Shown here one piece after another: positions 12,447 through 22,513 of a DNA stretch of 64,000 nucleotides (positions are counted from its first letter, which is position 1; every line of letters begins with the position of its first letter). The translations under genes and the position numbers were made by a program. The stretch comes from Kiritimatiellia bacterium (GTDB lineage Bacteria; Verrucomicrobiota; Kiritimatiellia; RFP12; JBMNHG01): assembly GCA_050950285.1 (NCBI GenBank), contig JBMNHG010000011.1:310001-374000 (forward strand), read 5' to 3'. The notes under the pieces are model-generated. The model searched no databases, was not told the DNA's origin, and saw only the letters and a list, made by a program, of their open reading frames with translations.

Positions 12447-13088
12447 TCAGCGATCCAGCCGCTCGCGCGCCACATCCCGTATGGACCGGCCGCCGAGCTC
12501 GAGATCCTCGATCACGCCCAGTCCGCGCCAGACGCGCACTACGAGCACGCCCTCTTGCCTGTCGCTCCCGCCGGCATCGCGATAGGCCTTCTCCGCCTCT
12601 GGCGCCAGCTTTTCTTCCATGTAGAAGCGATCGAAGGGCAGGGCAAGGCGCACATGGTATCGGCCCGTCGGAACGTATGTGCCCGGAGAATACGCTGCCT
12701 GCGCGGTGTCGTTGGTGCCGGCAGGAAGCTGGCGATAGTCCGGCCAGCAGTGTCTGACGCGCGTCCGGATGCAGACGTCCTCCGGCTCGGGATGCGTCGT
12801 CAGGCGATCGATCCTGCTGTAGCCGTCGGTCCCTTCGCCGATGACCGCATAAATGCGCTGTCCGCGCGCATACTCGCGGTCGCAAAGCTGCTGGCTGTCC
12901 GCCTCGGAGAGGTTCAGCGCCACGTAGCGGCCGCGAAAGGCGTCATACGGATCGACGGGCGCCGTGCGGAAGCGGCAGGCTACGCCGTTACGCAACGCGA
13001 CCTCGCGCTGGAGGATCATCCATCCCATGACGCCGAACTGCGCCGCCAGGCCGATGATCGCGATCGGCAGCATCCATCGCCGGTTCAT
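12447..13088 (-). CDS. GDYXXLXY-domain membrane-anchored protein
   Basis: PVDPYDAFRGRYVALN motif, RFYMEE, N-terminal TM helix; overlaps the stop of the DUF2157 gene. Confidence 0.85.
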   Translation of the reverse strand: MNRRWMLPIAIIGLAAQFGVMGWMILQREVALRNGVACRFRTAPVDPYDAFRGRYVALNLSEADSQQLCDREYARGQRIYAVIGEGTDGYSRIDRLTTHPEPEDVCIRTRVRHCWPDYRQLPAGTNDTAQAAYSPGTYVPTGRYHVRLALPFDRFYMEEKLAPEAEKAYRDAGGSDRQEGVLVVRVWRGLGVIEDLELGGRSIRDVARERLDR

Positions 13089-14437
13089 GCCGCGCCCCCC
13101 TTCTGTTTCATGCGGCGCGAAACCACCAGGTTGGTCGCCAGGAACACGCCGCCGCACACGATGAAGACCACGCCCTTGGCGGTGAAGCTGGCCTCGCTGC
13201 TGAAAAACTTGCCGAGGATCACGGCCAGCAGCACCAGCACCCCCAGGTTGATCGAGCCGGGACGGCGTTCGGCCAGGCCTTCGCCCAAGGTGGCCAGGCC
13301 CAGCCCCGCCAGATAAATCGTCATCAGCAATGCCGACCCCAGATCGTGCTCGCCGTAGGCGGCCAGGGCATAGGCGGCGGCCGTCACGAAGGGCGCGACG
13401 CCCCACAGCACCCAGGCCGGCAGAAGCGGCACGCCGCGCCAGTTGCGCCTCGGCACGCGCCGGAAGGCCAGCACCAGCAGGAAGGCGGCCGCGACCGGCA
13501 GTGCGATGGCCAGGCTGAAATCAAAAAAGGTCGCCCAAGGATGATGGAACAGGTTCGTTCTCCAATGGTTCCATCCGATCTCCTGCCACGGCCACCGGAA
13601 GACCAGCAGGTAAAGCACCACGGCCAGACCGCCGCCGCCGATCGTCCGCAACGGATTGCGCCACCATCCGCGTTCCTCGCCGTCGCGCACCTCGCTTCCC
13701 AGCAGCAGCGCGGCGAAGGCCCCGGTGTAGACAATCATCCAGAGCCCCGGCAGGCTCTTCTCCAGCGTGATCCCCAGTGCCGCCGTGCAACAGAGGGCGG
13801 CGGTCCACAGCATCCACGTCGAACGCACTGCCGCATCCGGATCGCGCCGCACGCTGTAGATCAGGGGCGCGACGAGCGCCGCCAGCGGCCAGTACCAGAG
13901 CCCCACGCCACCAGCCAGTTGCGTCATCGAAACCCAGGTCAGCAGGCCGGCGAAGTACCCCGCGACCGGTGCGAGCGCCCGGGTCGCGTAGCACACCGGG
14001 ATCAGCAGCAGGGTCCAGACCAGCGTGAAGGACTCGGCATCGTGTGGCAGGTGGTAGGTCTGTCCGATCAACGCCACGCCCGTGCCGATGGCCAATCCCC
14101 AGAAGAGTCCCAGCGGTTCCAGAAAGGCGCGCGAGCGCCATTCGCGCCAGTAGCCCGTCAGATAGAGCGCGGCGCACACGCCCAACGGCGTAAACGCGAT
14201 GACGGTCCGCGTCGGCCGCCCCAGGTCGCCCCAGTTGGCGGCCAGGAGGGCGATGATGCCCAACCCCACCAAGAGTGCGCCCAGCGAGCCGAAGATCGTC
14301 CGCCCCCAGGGCGTTTCGTTTTCCGCCGCCTGCGCATAGCGTGCCCGCAGCCGCCCCGCAGTCGCGGCGTCTACGATGCCGTCACGCTCCCAGGCGGCAA
14401 CTTCGCGTTTCAACCATTCGATTTCACGGGACGCCAT
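13085..14437 (-). CDS. DUF2157-family multi-pass membrane protein
   Basis: LGALLVGLGIIALLAANW, ALIGQTYHL, many TM helices; the usual pairing with GDYXXLXY. Confidence 0.88.
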   Translation of the reverse strand: MASREIEWLKREVAAWERDGIVDAATAGRLRARYAQAAENETPWGRTIFGSLGALLVGLGIIALLAANWGDLGRPTRTVIAFTPLGVCAALYLTGYWREWRSRAFLEPLGLFWGLAIGTGVALIGQTYHLPHDAESFTLVWTLLLIPVCYATRALAPVAGYFAGLLTWVSMTQLAGGVGLWYWPLAALVAPLIYSVRRDPDAAVRSTWMLWTAALCCTAALGITLEKSLPGLWMIVYTGAFAALLLGSEVRDGEERGWWRNPLRTIGGGGLAVVLYLLVFRWPWQEIGWNHWRTNLFHHPWATFFDFSLAIALPVAAAFLLVLAFRRVPRRNWRGVPLLPAWVLWGVAPFVTAAAYALAAYGEHDLGSALLMTIYLAGLGLATLGEGLAERRPGSINLGVLVLLAVILGKFFSSEASFTAKGVVFIVCGGVFLATNLVVSRRMKQKGGAA

Positions 14438-14534
14438 GAGTCGCTCCTTTATCGGGAACCAGCGTAGAACCTGCACCGCGCGAGGTCAACAGGAATGTTC
14501 CCGTCACGCGTGACGGGGCGCTCGTTATTCGTTC

Positions 14535-14562
14535 TTCACTCTCCGCGCTCTCTTGCTATACT
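14535..14562 (+). promoter_or_regulatory. Sigma70-type promoter (TTCACT-N16-TATACT, extended -10), probably giving a leaderless mRNA
   Basis: TGCTATACT ends 6 nt before ATG 14569; no Shine-Dalgarno sequence. Confidence 0.5.
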
Positions 14563-14568
14563 GGCGGC

Positions 14569-15357
14569 ATGAAAACGGGATGGAATCATCCGTACATGTG
14601 CGAGATGGGCGTGGCCTATGCCTGCGAGATGGCGCAGTTGCGGCTGTGGTTGCAGCGGACGCCCCAGGGTTGGCAAACGGCGTTCCGGCACGAGGCGCAG
14701 GAGGGATTCAGGCCGTTGCAGGCATGCGGCGCGGTACCGTCCGACCTCGAATGGCAGCGTTTTATCACGCCGCCCGACACCGCCGCCGTGCGGTTGGTCC
14801 CGGTGCTGCCGGATCGTTCGGTGGTGAGCCGCCCGGAGGGGCGCATCGAGATCGCGCCGCGCCACAAAGGCCTCTTTCTGGTGACGATCCCCGTGTGGGT
14901 GCGCGTGCAGGCCAAGACGTCGGGCGGTATCGCGCTGGGCGACTATCCGACCGTCCTGCTCTCCAAGACCTGGTTCGGCCATCCGTCGGAGGAAGGCGAG
15001 ATCGGCTTTGCGCTGACCACGCGGGCGCGGCAGGAAATGGCGGCGTTGACCGATGTGGAAGGGCGCGCCATCTGTCCGGTGTTGATCGAAAACCACACCG
15101 ACGAAGCCTTGGTCTTCGCGCAACTGCTGCTGAGCGTGCGCCACATGAGCGTGTACCAAACCACCGATGGCAAGCTGTGGACCAACGAGTGCAACCTGGG
15201 GTATACCGGCAGCGTTTTCCCGGCTTCGGTCACGTTCGGACGCAAGGCGCCCAGACAGGCCAGGGGGGCGAAGCTCCTCTCCGGGCCGCGCGTGGTGCCC
15301 TCGGGCCGCCTCACGGTGCGCGCGATCGCCGGCACCATTTTCAAGCAACCCTTCTGA
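14569..15357 (+). CDS. DUF432-like protein
   Basis: PVLPDRSVVSRP, LSKTWFG..EEGEIGFAL; directly upstream of MscS. Confidence 0.6.
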   Translation: MKTGWNHPYMCEMGVAYACEMAQLRLWLQRTPQGWQTAFRHEAQEGFRPLQACGAVPSDLEWQRFITPPDTAAVRLVPVLPDRSVVSRPEGRIEIAPRHKGLFLVTIPVWVRVQAKTSGGIALGDYPTVLLSKTWFGHPSEEGEIGFALTTRARQEMAALTDVEGRAICPVLIENHTDEALVFAQLLLSVRHMSVYQTTDGKLWTNECNLGYTGSVFPASVTFGRKAPRQARGAKLLSGPRVVPSGRLTVRAIAGTIFKQPF

Positions 15358-15371
15358 CAGGATGGCGACCC

Positions 15372-16193
15372 GTGTCTGTACAACCCTCTAAACTGAGTGC
15401 GACGTTGCGCGAGTATGCGTTGCCCTTCCTGGGCGCCTGCGCCTGGCTGATTCTGGGCTACTGGTTCTCCTCGTTGATGGCGCGCCTGGCCTATGCCGGA
15501 TTTTCCCGCAAACTGGGCGCGGACAAGGCGCGCGCGGTTTCCAAGGGGGTCAAATTCCTTGTGATCGTTCCGTTTGTACTGACGCTGATCCACGGCGCCG
15601 GACTGGACATCACGGCGCTGCTGGGCGCGGCGGGCCTCGCCGGCGTGGCCATCGGCTTCGCCTCGCAGACCGGCCTGTCCAACCTGATCAGCGGCCTGTT
15701 CCTGGTGGTGGAACACCCGTTCAAGATCGGCGACCTGATCGAGGTCGACGGGTCGAGGGGTATCGTCCACAGCATTGAAATGCTCTCCACGTACATCCGC
15801 GCCTACGACAACCGGGTCATCCGCATCCCGAACGAGATGCTGGCCAAATCCAAGCTGATCAACCTGACCCGCTATCCGATCCGGCGCATCGACCTGGATC
15901 TCCGCGTGGCGTGCAGGGAGGATCCGGAGCGCGTGATGACGGTGCTGCGCGAGGTGATCCTCGCGAACCCGGTGTGTTTCAACGATCCGGAGCCGGTGAT
16001 CGCCTTGCGCGGCCTGGATGAGACGTCGTTGGATTTCCTGGTGGGGGTCTGGGCCGACAACCAGGAGTTTTTGGCGACGCGTTCATCGCTGTTGCGGGAC
16101 ATCAAGGAGCGGTTCGACCGCGAGGGGATCGCCTTGCCATACGGGCGTGTCGCGGTGGCGCAGCGTGCGGACGCAGTGCACAAGGATTTGTGA
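15372..16193 (+). CDS. Small-conductance mechanosensitive channel (MscS family)
   Basis: AAGLAGVAIGFASQ..SNLISG, PFKIGDLI, IRIPN, FDREGIALPY. Confidence 0.93.
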   Translation: MSVQPSKLSATLREYALPFLGACAWLILGYWFSSLMARLAYAGFSRKLGADKARAVSKGVKFLVIVPFVLTLIHGAGLDITALLGAAGLAGVAIGFASQTGLSNLISGLFLVVEHPFKIGDLIEVDGSRGIVHSIEMLSTYIRAYDNRVIRIPNEMLAKSKLINLTRYPIRRIDLDLRVACREDPERVMTVLREVILANPVCFNDPEPVIALRGLDETSLDFLVGVWADNQEFLATRSSLLRDIKERFDREGIALPYGRVAVAQRADAVHKDL

Positions 16194-16310
16194 CGGGACG
16201 AGGGCGCTCGCAGCAAACGCGCCGGGAAACGACACGCGCCCCTCCCGCTGCTCCGCAGGTCTGGCGAACGGATTCGCATTGCGACGAAGTGTGGGGACGC
16301 AGTGTTTCTA

Positions 16311-16460
16311 CGATCTCGGCCACAATTCATACTGCAAAACAGGGGCACGGGTTTTCCAACCCGTGACACGGACAGGAATGTCCGCGCCCCTTTCCCAACT
16401 CCAAATTCCAGCTCCCAATGCCCAAATCTCCGTGCGCATCGCTTTTTGTGGCCGGGTTAG
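16311..16460. mobile_element. MITE-like element, copy 2 (inverted, 150 bp), flanked by TA on both sides
   Basis: Reverse complement of copies 1 and 3; TA at 16309-10 and 16461-62. Confidence 0.85.
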
Positions 16461-16566
16461 TACTTCCCCATGCCCCCTTCGCATCCCTGCTCTTCGCTGT
16501 CCGCGCTGTCCGCTATCCTCTTGCGGAGGATGGACAACCGGCGTGAAATTTGCGAGAATAACGCCC

Positions 16567-18000
16567 ATGATGACGTATCCTGCCAGTTCCAAATGGGCTG
16601 TGGCCCTGCTCTTCGCCGCCGCCGCGGTTTCAGGGTGCCGCATGATCCAGTCCGCAGCCGATGCGCCGGGACAGGTTGTCCGCGCCGTCACCCCCGGCGC
16701 ACGGGCCGAAGAAGGCCCCGACCCGGTCGAGATCCAGGCGCTGGTCATGCGCTTCGGCGACGATTTCATCAGCCGCTTGACCACGGGCATCGACACGCTC
16801 CACGTTGACGGCGAGCCCATGCCGACGGCCGAGAGGCTGCGCAGCAAGCTCGCGGTGGGCTCGGCCGTCTGCGCCATTGCCTCGGGCCCCGACATCCAGG
16901 CCAATCTCCTCGACATGACCGCCTTCGTCATGGAAACGCGCATGTCGCTCCAGACGTCGAAACATGTCGAGCGCTTCGGGGCTACGGCACTGCCGTTGGT
17001 GGAGACGTGCAGCAACGCCGAGACCGGCCTCTGGCGGGTCTGCGAGCGGATTCTCAAGCCGGCGCAGCAGGCCGAACTGCGCGAGGCGATCGACGTCTGG
17101 CATCGCCAGAACTCGACGGGCGATTGGCCGCCCGGCGTGCGCACGGTGGGACTGGCGATCGAGATCGTGCAGGCGAGGCGCCAAAGTGGCGACAGCAACG
17201 TCAACCTCCTCGGAGCGCTGATGCTCGACCCGCTGGCGGAGCTCGATCCCACCCGCCGCGAACTCGCCGAGATACGCCTCTTCGCCGAGCGCGCCCTCTT
17301 CGTCGGGCGCCACATGCCCAGCCTCCTGCGCTGGCAGGTCGAACTGCTGGGCCAGACAACGCTGGAACAGCCCGTCGTCCAGACGTGGACCACCAACGTG
17401 GCCTACGTCGCCGAGACCGCCGCGCGCCTCGCCACGACAGCCGAGAAGCTGCCGGCCCAGGTCGCCGCCGAGCGCGAAGCCCTGGTGAAGACCTTGCGCG
17501 ACGAACAGGAAAAGACCCTCACGCCTCTCGTGGACGGCGTGCGGGAGACCCTGCTGGCGGGCTCCGGACTCGCCACGAACACCACCACCCTGCTCGCCAC
17601 CTTCGACGGCGTACTGGAACGGATGGGCGTCGACGGTTCGAAGGACGACGCTGCGCCGGTACCGGAGGCCGCGAAGGAGGAGCGCACGCCCTTCCGTATC
17701 CAGGACTACACCGAGGCGGCCGAACGGCTCGAGGCCTCCGCGCTGCGTCTGACCGAACTGCTCCAGACCTTCGACCAGACCCTCGGCGCCAACAGCCGCG
17801 AAGCATTGGCGGAACAGCTTGACCCTCTTGTCCAGCGCACCCGCGCGGAGACCGAGGCGCTGATCGACCACCTCTTCCGCCGCGCGTTGCAGCTCGTCGG
17901 CGCCCTGCTGGCGGCCGCTCTGGCCTACCGCCTGGTCGCGCGCCGGATATCGCCTGCGCCGCGCGCAGGGCGCCAACAAGAACGCAAGGGCGACCCGTGA
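16567..18000 (+). CDS. Predicted lipoprotein, helical, with a C-terminal TM helix; function unknown
   Basis: Lipobox-like AVSGC after a hydrophobic stretch; C-terminal LQLVGALLAAALAYRL. Confidence 0.7.
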   Translation: MMTYPASSKWAVALLFAAAAVSGCRMIQSAADAPGQVVRAVTPGARAEEGPDPVEIQALVMRFGDDFISRLTTGIDTLHVDGEPMPTAERLRSKLAVGSAVCAIASGPDIQANLLDMTAFVMETRMSLQTSKHVERFGATALPLVETCSNAETGLWRVCERILKPAQQAELREAIDVWHRQNSTGDWPPGVRTVGLAIEIVQARRQSGDSNVNLLGALMLDPLAELDPTRRELAEIRLFAERALFVGRHMPSLLRWQVELLGQTTLEQPVVQTWTTNVAYVAETAARLATTAEKLPAQVAAEREALVKTLRDEQEKTLTPLVDGVRETLLAGSGLATNTTTLLATFDGVLERMGVDGSKDDAAPVPEAAKEERTPFRIQDYTEAAERLEASALRLTELLQTFDQTLGANSREALAEQLDPLVQRTRAETEALIDHLFRRALQLVGALLAAALAYRLVARRISPAPRAGRQQERKGDP

Positions 18001-18118
18001 GTCAAGCCATGCGGCTCGCGGGGGCACCCGCCCAAAACCGCGCCCCTCCACGCGATCCGCGGATGAAACGCGAACCCTGAAACCAACGGGCGTTGAAAAC
18101 CCGGCCGCTCTTTGGGGG

Positions 18119-19513
18119 TTAATCCCTCGCCATCTTCACGATCTTCGGGTCAAACCGGGCGACGATCTCCACGAGGTCGGCTTGCTCGCGCATGACGTTG
18201 TGGATGTCTTTGTAAGCGCCGGGAACCTCGTCGACGCCCGCGCTGAGGACCGTGATGCCGGCCGCGTCGAGCTCCCGCTTCACGGTGGACCAGGCAAAGC
18301 GGTTCTTGGCCTCGTTGCGCGACAGCAACCGCCCCGCGCCGTGGGCCGCGCTGTCCAGCGATGCCGCCTTGCCCTTGCCGCGCACCAGGAAGCCGGGGCT
18401 GGCCATCGACCCGGGGATCATCCCCAGGACGCCAACGCCCGCCGGCGTGGCCCCCTTGCGGTGTACGATCAGGTTGCGCCTGCCGTGGGTCTCTTTCCAC
18501 GCGAAGTTGTGGTGGTTCTCCATCTGGAACAGCACATCACATTTCAACGCCCGCGTGAGTTTGCCGTGGATGATCTCGTGGTTGGCCGCGGCGTACATGC
18601 CCATGAGGTGCATGGCGCGCCAATACTCCCGCCCGGCATCGCTCGTCAACGGGAGCCAGCCAAGGTGCTGCATTGGCTTCGGGAGTTTCTTGTGCAGATC
18701 CCGAGCCACCTTCGAGAAGTGGTTGGCGATGGCCGCACCGGCGCCACGGCTGCCGCTGTGCGACAGAATGGCCAGATAGGTGCCCGCCGGAAGACCGTCG
18801 ATCGCCTCCGGCAGCGTCAGCGTTCCGTAGTCCACGAAGTGGTTGCCCGAACCGCTGGTCCCAAGCTGTCCACGGGCCTTGCTCTTGGTTTGGGCGACCG
18901 CCTTGCAGAAGTCCCAATCCTCGTGCATCACCGGATGGTCGTGCGGCTTGGGAAATTCGCGGCCGGCGCCAAAGAGCGTCTGGGATTCCAGGACCCGGAT
19001 CAGTTCCTCCCGGTGCCGCTCGAGGCTGTCGACCGGCATGTCGGTCACCGTCAGCTTCATCCGGCAGGCGATGTCCACGCCCACGGCATAGGGGATGACC
19101 GCATTGTCCACGGCCAGCACCCCGCCGATCGGGAGGCCGTAACCGACATGCGCGTCCGGCATCAGCGCGCCTTGGACGGACACGGGCAGGCGGCAGGCGT
19201 TCCGCATCTGCTCGATCGCGGCCGGATCGATGTCGCTGCCCCACATGCGCCACGGCGCCTCCGATTCCCGTTTGCCACACGGATCGGGCGCCGGGGATGA
19301 CTCCTCGGCACGCAGCTTCACCATCGCTCTCGCCAGGGTCCCGAAGCGTGGATCGTCGCGAAACGCATCCGGATCCGCGGCCAGGTTTCGCAAATGCTCC
19401 GTGATCTGCCTCTTCTTCAGCCCCGCCTTCGTCGCCGGCCCCACCAGACTCAAGGCCAGTTTCACCAACGGTCCCGACGGAACACCGGTCTTCTGTATAT
19501 CCTTCGCCTTCAC
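18119..19513 (-). CDS. rtcB: RtcB-family RNA ligase
   Basis: PDAHVGYGLPIG, VGVDIAC, GTSGSGNHF, HSGSRG, HHN, HRKGA, HGAGR, DEVPGAYK. Confidence 0.95.
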   Translation of the reverse strand: MKAKDIQKTGVPSGPLVKLALSLVGPATKAGLKKRQITEHLRNLAADPDAFRDDPRFGTLARAMVKLRAEESSPAPDPCGKRESEAPWRMWGSDIDPAAIEQMRNACRLPVSVQGALMPDAHVGYGLPIGGVLAVDNAVIPYAVGVDIACRMKLTVTDMPVDSLERHREELIRVLESQTLFGAGREFPKPHDHPVMHEDWDFCKAVAQTKSKARGQLGTSGSGNHFVDYGTLTLPEAIDGLPAGTYLAILSHSGSRGAGAAIANHFSKVARDLHKKLPKPMQHLGWLPLTSDAGREYWRAMHLMGMYAAANHEIIHGKLTRALKCDVLFQMENHHNFAWKETHGRRNLIVHRKGATPAGVGVLGMIPGSMASPGFLVRGKGKAASLDSAAHGAGRLLSRNEAKNRFAWSTVKRELDAAGITVLSAGVDEVPGAYKDIHNVMREQADLVEIVARFDPKIVKMARD

Positions 19514-19514
19514 A

Positions 19515-19631
19515 TCACCGCAAGCCTAGGACGTCGGCATCTCGTTCGTCGCGTATTCTTTCGACCAACGATTCCAAATCCCCGACGGGCTCACCCTCAT
19601 GCACCAGCAACCCATTCTCTTCGACTTTCAT
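19515..19631 (-). CDS. Small ORF or remnant resembling the C-terminal half of an AbrB/MazE-like antitoxin
   Basis: MKVEENGLLVHEGEPVGDLESLVERIRDERDADVLGLR; stop lies 1 nt before the rtcB GTG. Family resemblance is from recall only. Confidence 0.35.
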   Translation of the reverse strand: MKVEENGLLVHEGEPVGDLESLVERIRDERDADVLGLR

Positions 19632-19753
19632 GGCATGATCCGTACCAAATGGCAGTGCAAATGTCAATTCCATCCGCAGATTTTTCCATGCGCGACATCG
19701 CGAGCGTTGTATGAACCGAAAAGAGCGAGGCGCGTGCAAAACCCCTTGCCCCT

Positions 19754-19776
19754 GGGGACCGCCGTCCCCGGCGGGC
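19754..19776. repeat. REP-like palindrome GGGGAC-CGCC-GTCCCC-GGCGGGC
   Basis: Identical copies at 23961-23983 and 24012-24034; partial copy at ~56795. Confidence 0.7.
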
Positions 19777-19910
19777 TCGGGCTCGGGCTCGGGATCCCGA
19801 TGCTCCGCGAGCCCGGCGAAAAATTTGCGGCGGAAAGCGGCATGCCGCGCGACGCCGCTGTTAGAGCAGGGTGACAAATCCGTGCACTCTCCGCGCATCC
19901 TCTGTCGCTG

Positions 19911-20060
19911 CTAACCCGGCCACAAATAGCGCTGCGCACGGAGATTCGGGCATTGGGAGTTCGAATTTGGAGTTGGGAAAGGGGCACGGACATTCCTGTC
20001 CGTGTCACGGGTTGGAAAACCCGTGCCCCTGTTTTGCAGTATGAATTGTGGCCGAGTTAG
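19911..20060. mobile_element. MITE-like element, copy 3 (150 bp)
   Basis: Same terminal inverted repeats and interior as copy 1; followed by TA. Confidence 0.85.
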
Positions 20061-21699
20061 TAGCGGATCAGGCGGTAGGTCTCCACGATGTCGAGCCCGC
20101 GGGGTATCTCCCCCTTGACCTCGAGGTGCCAGGTAGATCGGGTTGTTCGGATCCTGCACCCCGCCCCATGAGCTCCGGCGGCAGCGTGAGCCGGAACAAG
20201 CCTTCCTGCATCAGCATGGGCTGTTCCTGCTCGTAGACGACGATCCGGTGGAGTTCGCGGCTGGCCGTTGCATCGTCGCCATGTTCCTTGGCGATGCCGC
20301 TTCCCACCAGGGATATGGTCAGCCTCGTCACCCGGTCGGTCTTCCCGCGACCTCGGTACGCGATCATCGTGGGCGCGCCCGGCACCAGCGGACCCGGTGG
20401 CGGGATCAGGATGATCCGCGGGTTGAAGAGGCGGAGCAGCTCGACGAAAAATCCGACGACGCAGCCGGCGCCGATCAGGACGAAGGGCACCAAAAAGAGC
20501 GTCAAGAAGATCGGCCGTCCGCCCTTTTGCCATTCACGGAGACATTGCACGACAAAGACCGAGATGATGCCGTTCCAGAAGAGCGCGAAGGCAAGCACCC
20601 ACAGCGGCCGCCCGGCACGGAACGCCGGGCACAGGGTCCAGGCGGAGGGCGGGGCTAACGGATGGGCGAGCCGCCTGCGCTGACGCAGGATGCCGGAGAT
20701 CAGCACCATAGCCCCGATGACGGTGAAAATCAGCGGCAGCAGGCCGAGGTAGAGGATTGCTCCCATGTCGCGCACGATCACGCTGTCGAAGGGATCGGCG
20801 GGATTGACATAGACAAAGAGCGTGCTTCCCGGCGGATGGGCGGCGACCACCCGCTGCTTGCCCTCGTAGCCGCTGCTCGAACCGGTGTCAAAGTTGTATC
20901 GATCGCCCTGGTAGTCACGCCCGCCGATGCGGTAGCGGTAGGTGATGTCCACACTGTAGGTTGTGTTGTCGTCGCCGCTGTGCGAGCGCACCCGGCTTCG
21001 CTCGACGACCGCCTCGACCGGTGTCCAGTCGCGCGCGGCGCGCTGCCGGAGAAAGGGGCCAGAGGAAGGTCAAATAGGTCACGCCCAGACCGGCCACGAT
21101 GAAAATTGTTCCGAAGAGCGTATGGACGCGGCCATGGTGCCGCGTGACGGCTTGCCGCCGGAAAAGTCGCTTGCCGGCGGTTCCGGTCGGCTGCGGCGCC
21201 AGACAAAGAAGATAAGGCCGTAGCCGGAGAGGACAAACGGCAGCGCCAAGAGGATCGGCACGATCATGCCGCCCACGGAGAGATCGCGCCGGATCAGCGC
21301 CTCGTCCGGCGCTGCGGGATTGACGTAGCAGGTTGTGCTGGTGCCTTGCGGGTACTGGCTGAGCAGCCGCTGCGCGTCGTTGATCTGTTTCTCCCGCAGA
21401 CCGCCCTCGTGGGTGAAGCGGCGGCTGGTGTAGCTGTGCCCGTTGAAGCGGTAGGTGAACACGGTGTCGAAACGATGCCGCTCGCCATCGCGGGTGATGC
21501 CCGATTCGACGATCTCGCAGGGCGTCGCCACCCAGTGGCGCGTGTCCAGTTGCCGCAGGGAGCTGCGGACGGCCAGCACCAGCACCACAAGGCCGACGGT
21601 GCCGAAGATCAGTCCGAAGACGGTCGTGAAGATCCGTCCGCCCGTGCCGGTGCGCGACGTCCGCAGCGTACTTCCCGATCGAAAGAGGCTGTTGTCCAT
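20057..21699 (-). CDS. Membrane protein with two DUF3592 domains; several frameshifts (~21000-21110, ~20130-20170)
   Basis: [23 protein letters not shown] and [37 protein letters not shown]. Confidence 0.78.
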
Positions 21700-21996
21700 G
21701 CTGTGCTCCTGTGGTGGGTAGGGGACGCAACCATTCCACACCCGTTCGACTCCCGGATGGGTGGCGAATACACAACGGTTTACGATAGGCGGGGGACAAA
21801 GTCAAGGCACGGGCTCGCGCACGCCAGGTCACGCCTGTGCCCGGCTCGCGGCAAAGGGTGCGCGATGGGGCAGTCGGGGTGGACAACCCCGTCGAAAGTA
21901 GGGATACTGTCGATGTGCGGCATGAACGGCACAACGATGCGACCCGGGGAAAGCCTCCGGGACAGACAGATCCAACTCCAACCAAGGATGGAACGC

Positions 21997-22503
21997 ATGA
22001 CCCTCTCCGCCATCCAGGCAGACATCACCACGCTCGCGGTTGACGCCATCGTAAACGCCGCCAACAAGACCCTGCTCGGCGGGGGCGGGGTGGATGGCGC
22101 CATCCATCGGGCGGCCGGTCCGCAGCTGCTGGCCGCTTGCGCCCTGCTGGGCGGATGCCGTACGGGCGACGCCAAACTGACCAAGGGATACCGCCTGCCC
22201 GCCCGCTTCGTCATCCATGCCGTCGGCCCCGTCTGGCGCGGCGGCACCCGCGGCGAGCCGGAACTGCTGGCCTCCTGCTACCGGCGCTCGCTGGAGATCG
22301 CCGCCGGGAACCACCTCGGTTCCATCGCCTTCCCGTGCATCGGTACCGGCGTCTACGGCTATCCGGCCGGACAGGCCGCCAAGGTGGCCGTCGAGACCGT
22401 GCGCGAGGCCGGCGCCGCCACCGGAATCCGCGAGGTGATCTTCTGCTGCTTCTCCGCCGCCGACCTCGCCCTCTACCAGCGGCTGCTGGCACAAGAGGGC
22501 TGA
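21997..22503 (+). CDS. Macrodomain O-acetyl-ADP-ribose deacetylase (YmdB-like)
   Basis: [47 protein letters not shown]. Confidence 0.95.
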   Translation: MTLSAIQADITTLAVDAIVNAANKTLLGGGGVDGAIHRAAGPQLLAACALLGGCRTGDAKLTKGYRLPARFVIHAVGPVWRGGTRGEPELLASCYRRSLEIAAGNHLGSIAFPCIGTGVYGYPAGQAAKVAVETVREAGAATGIREVIFCCFSAADLALYQRLLAQEG

Positions 22504-22513
22504 GGCGAGCCCG

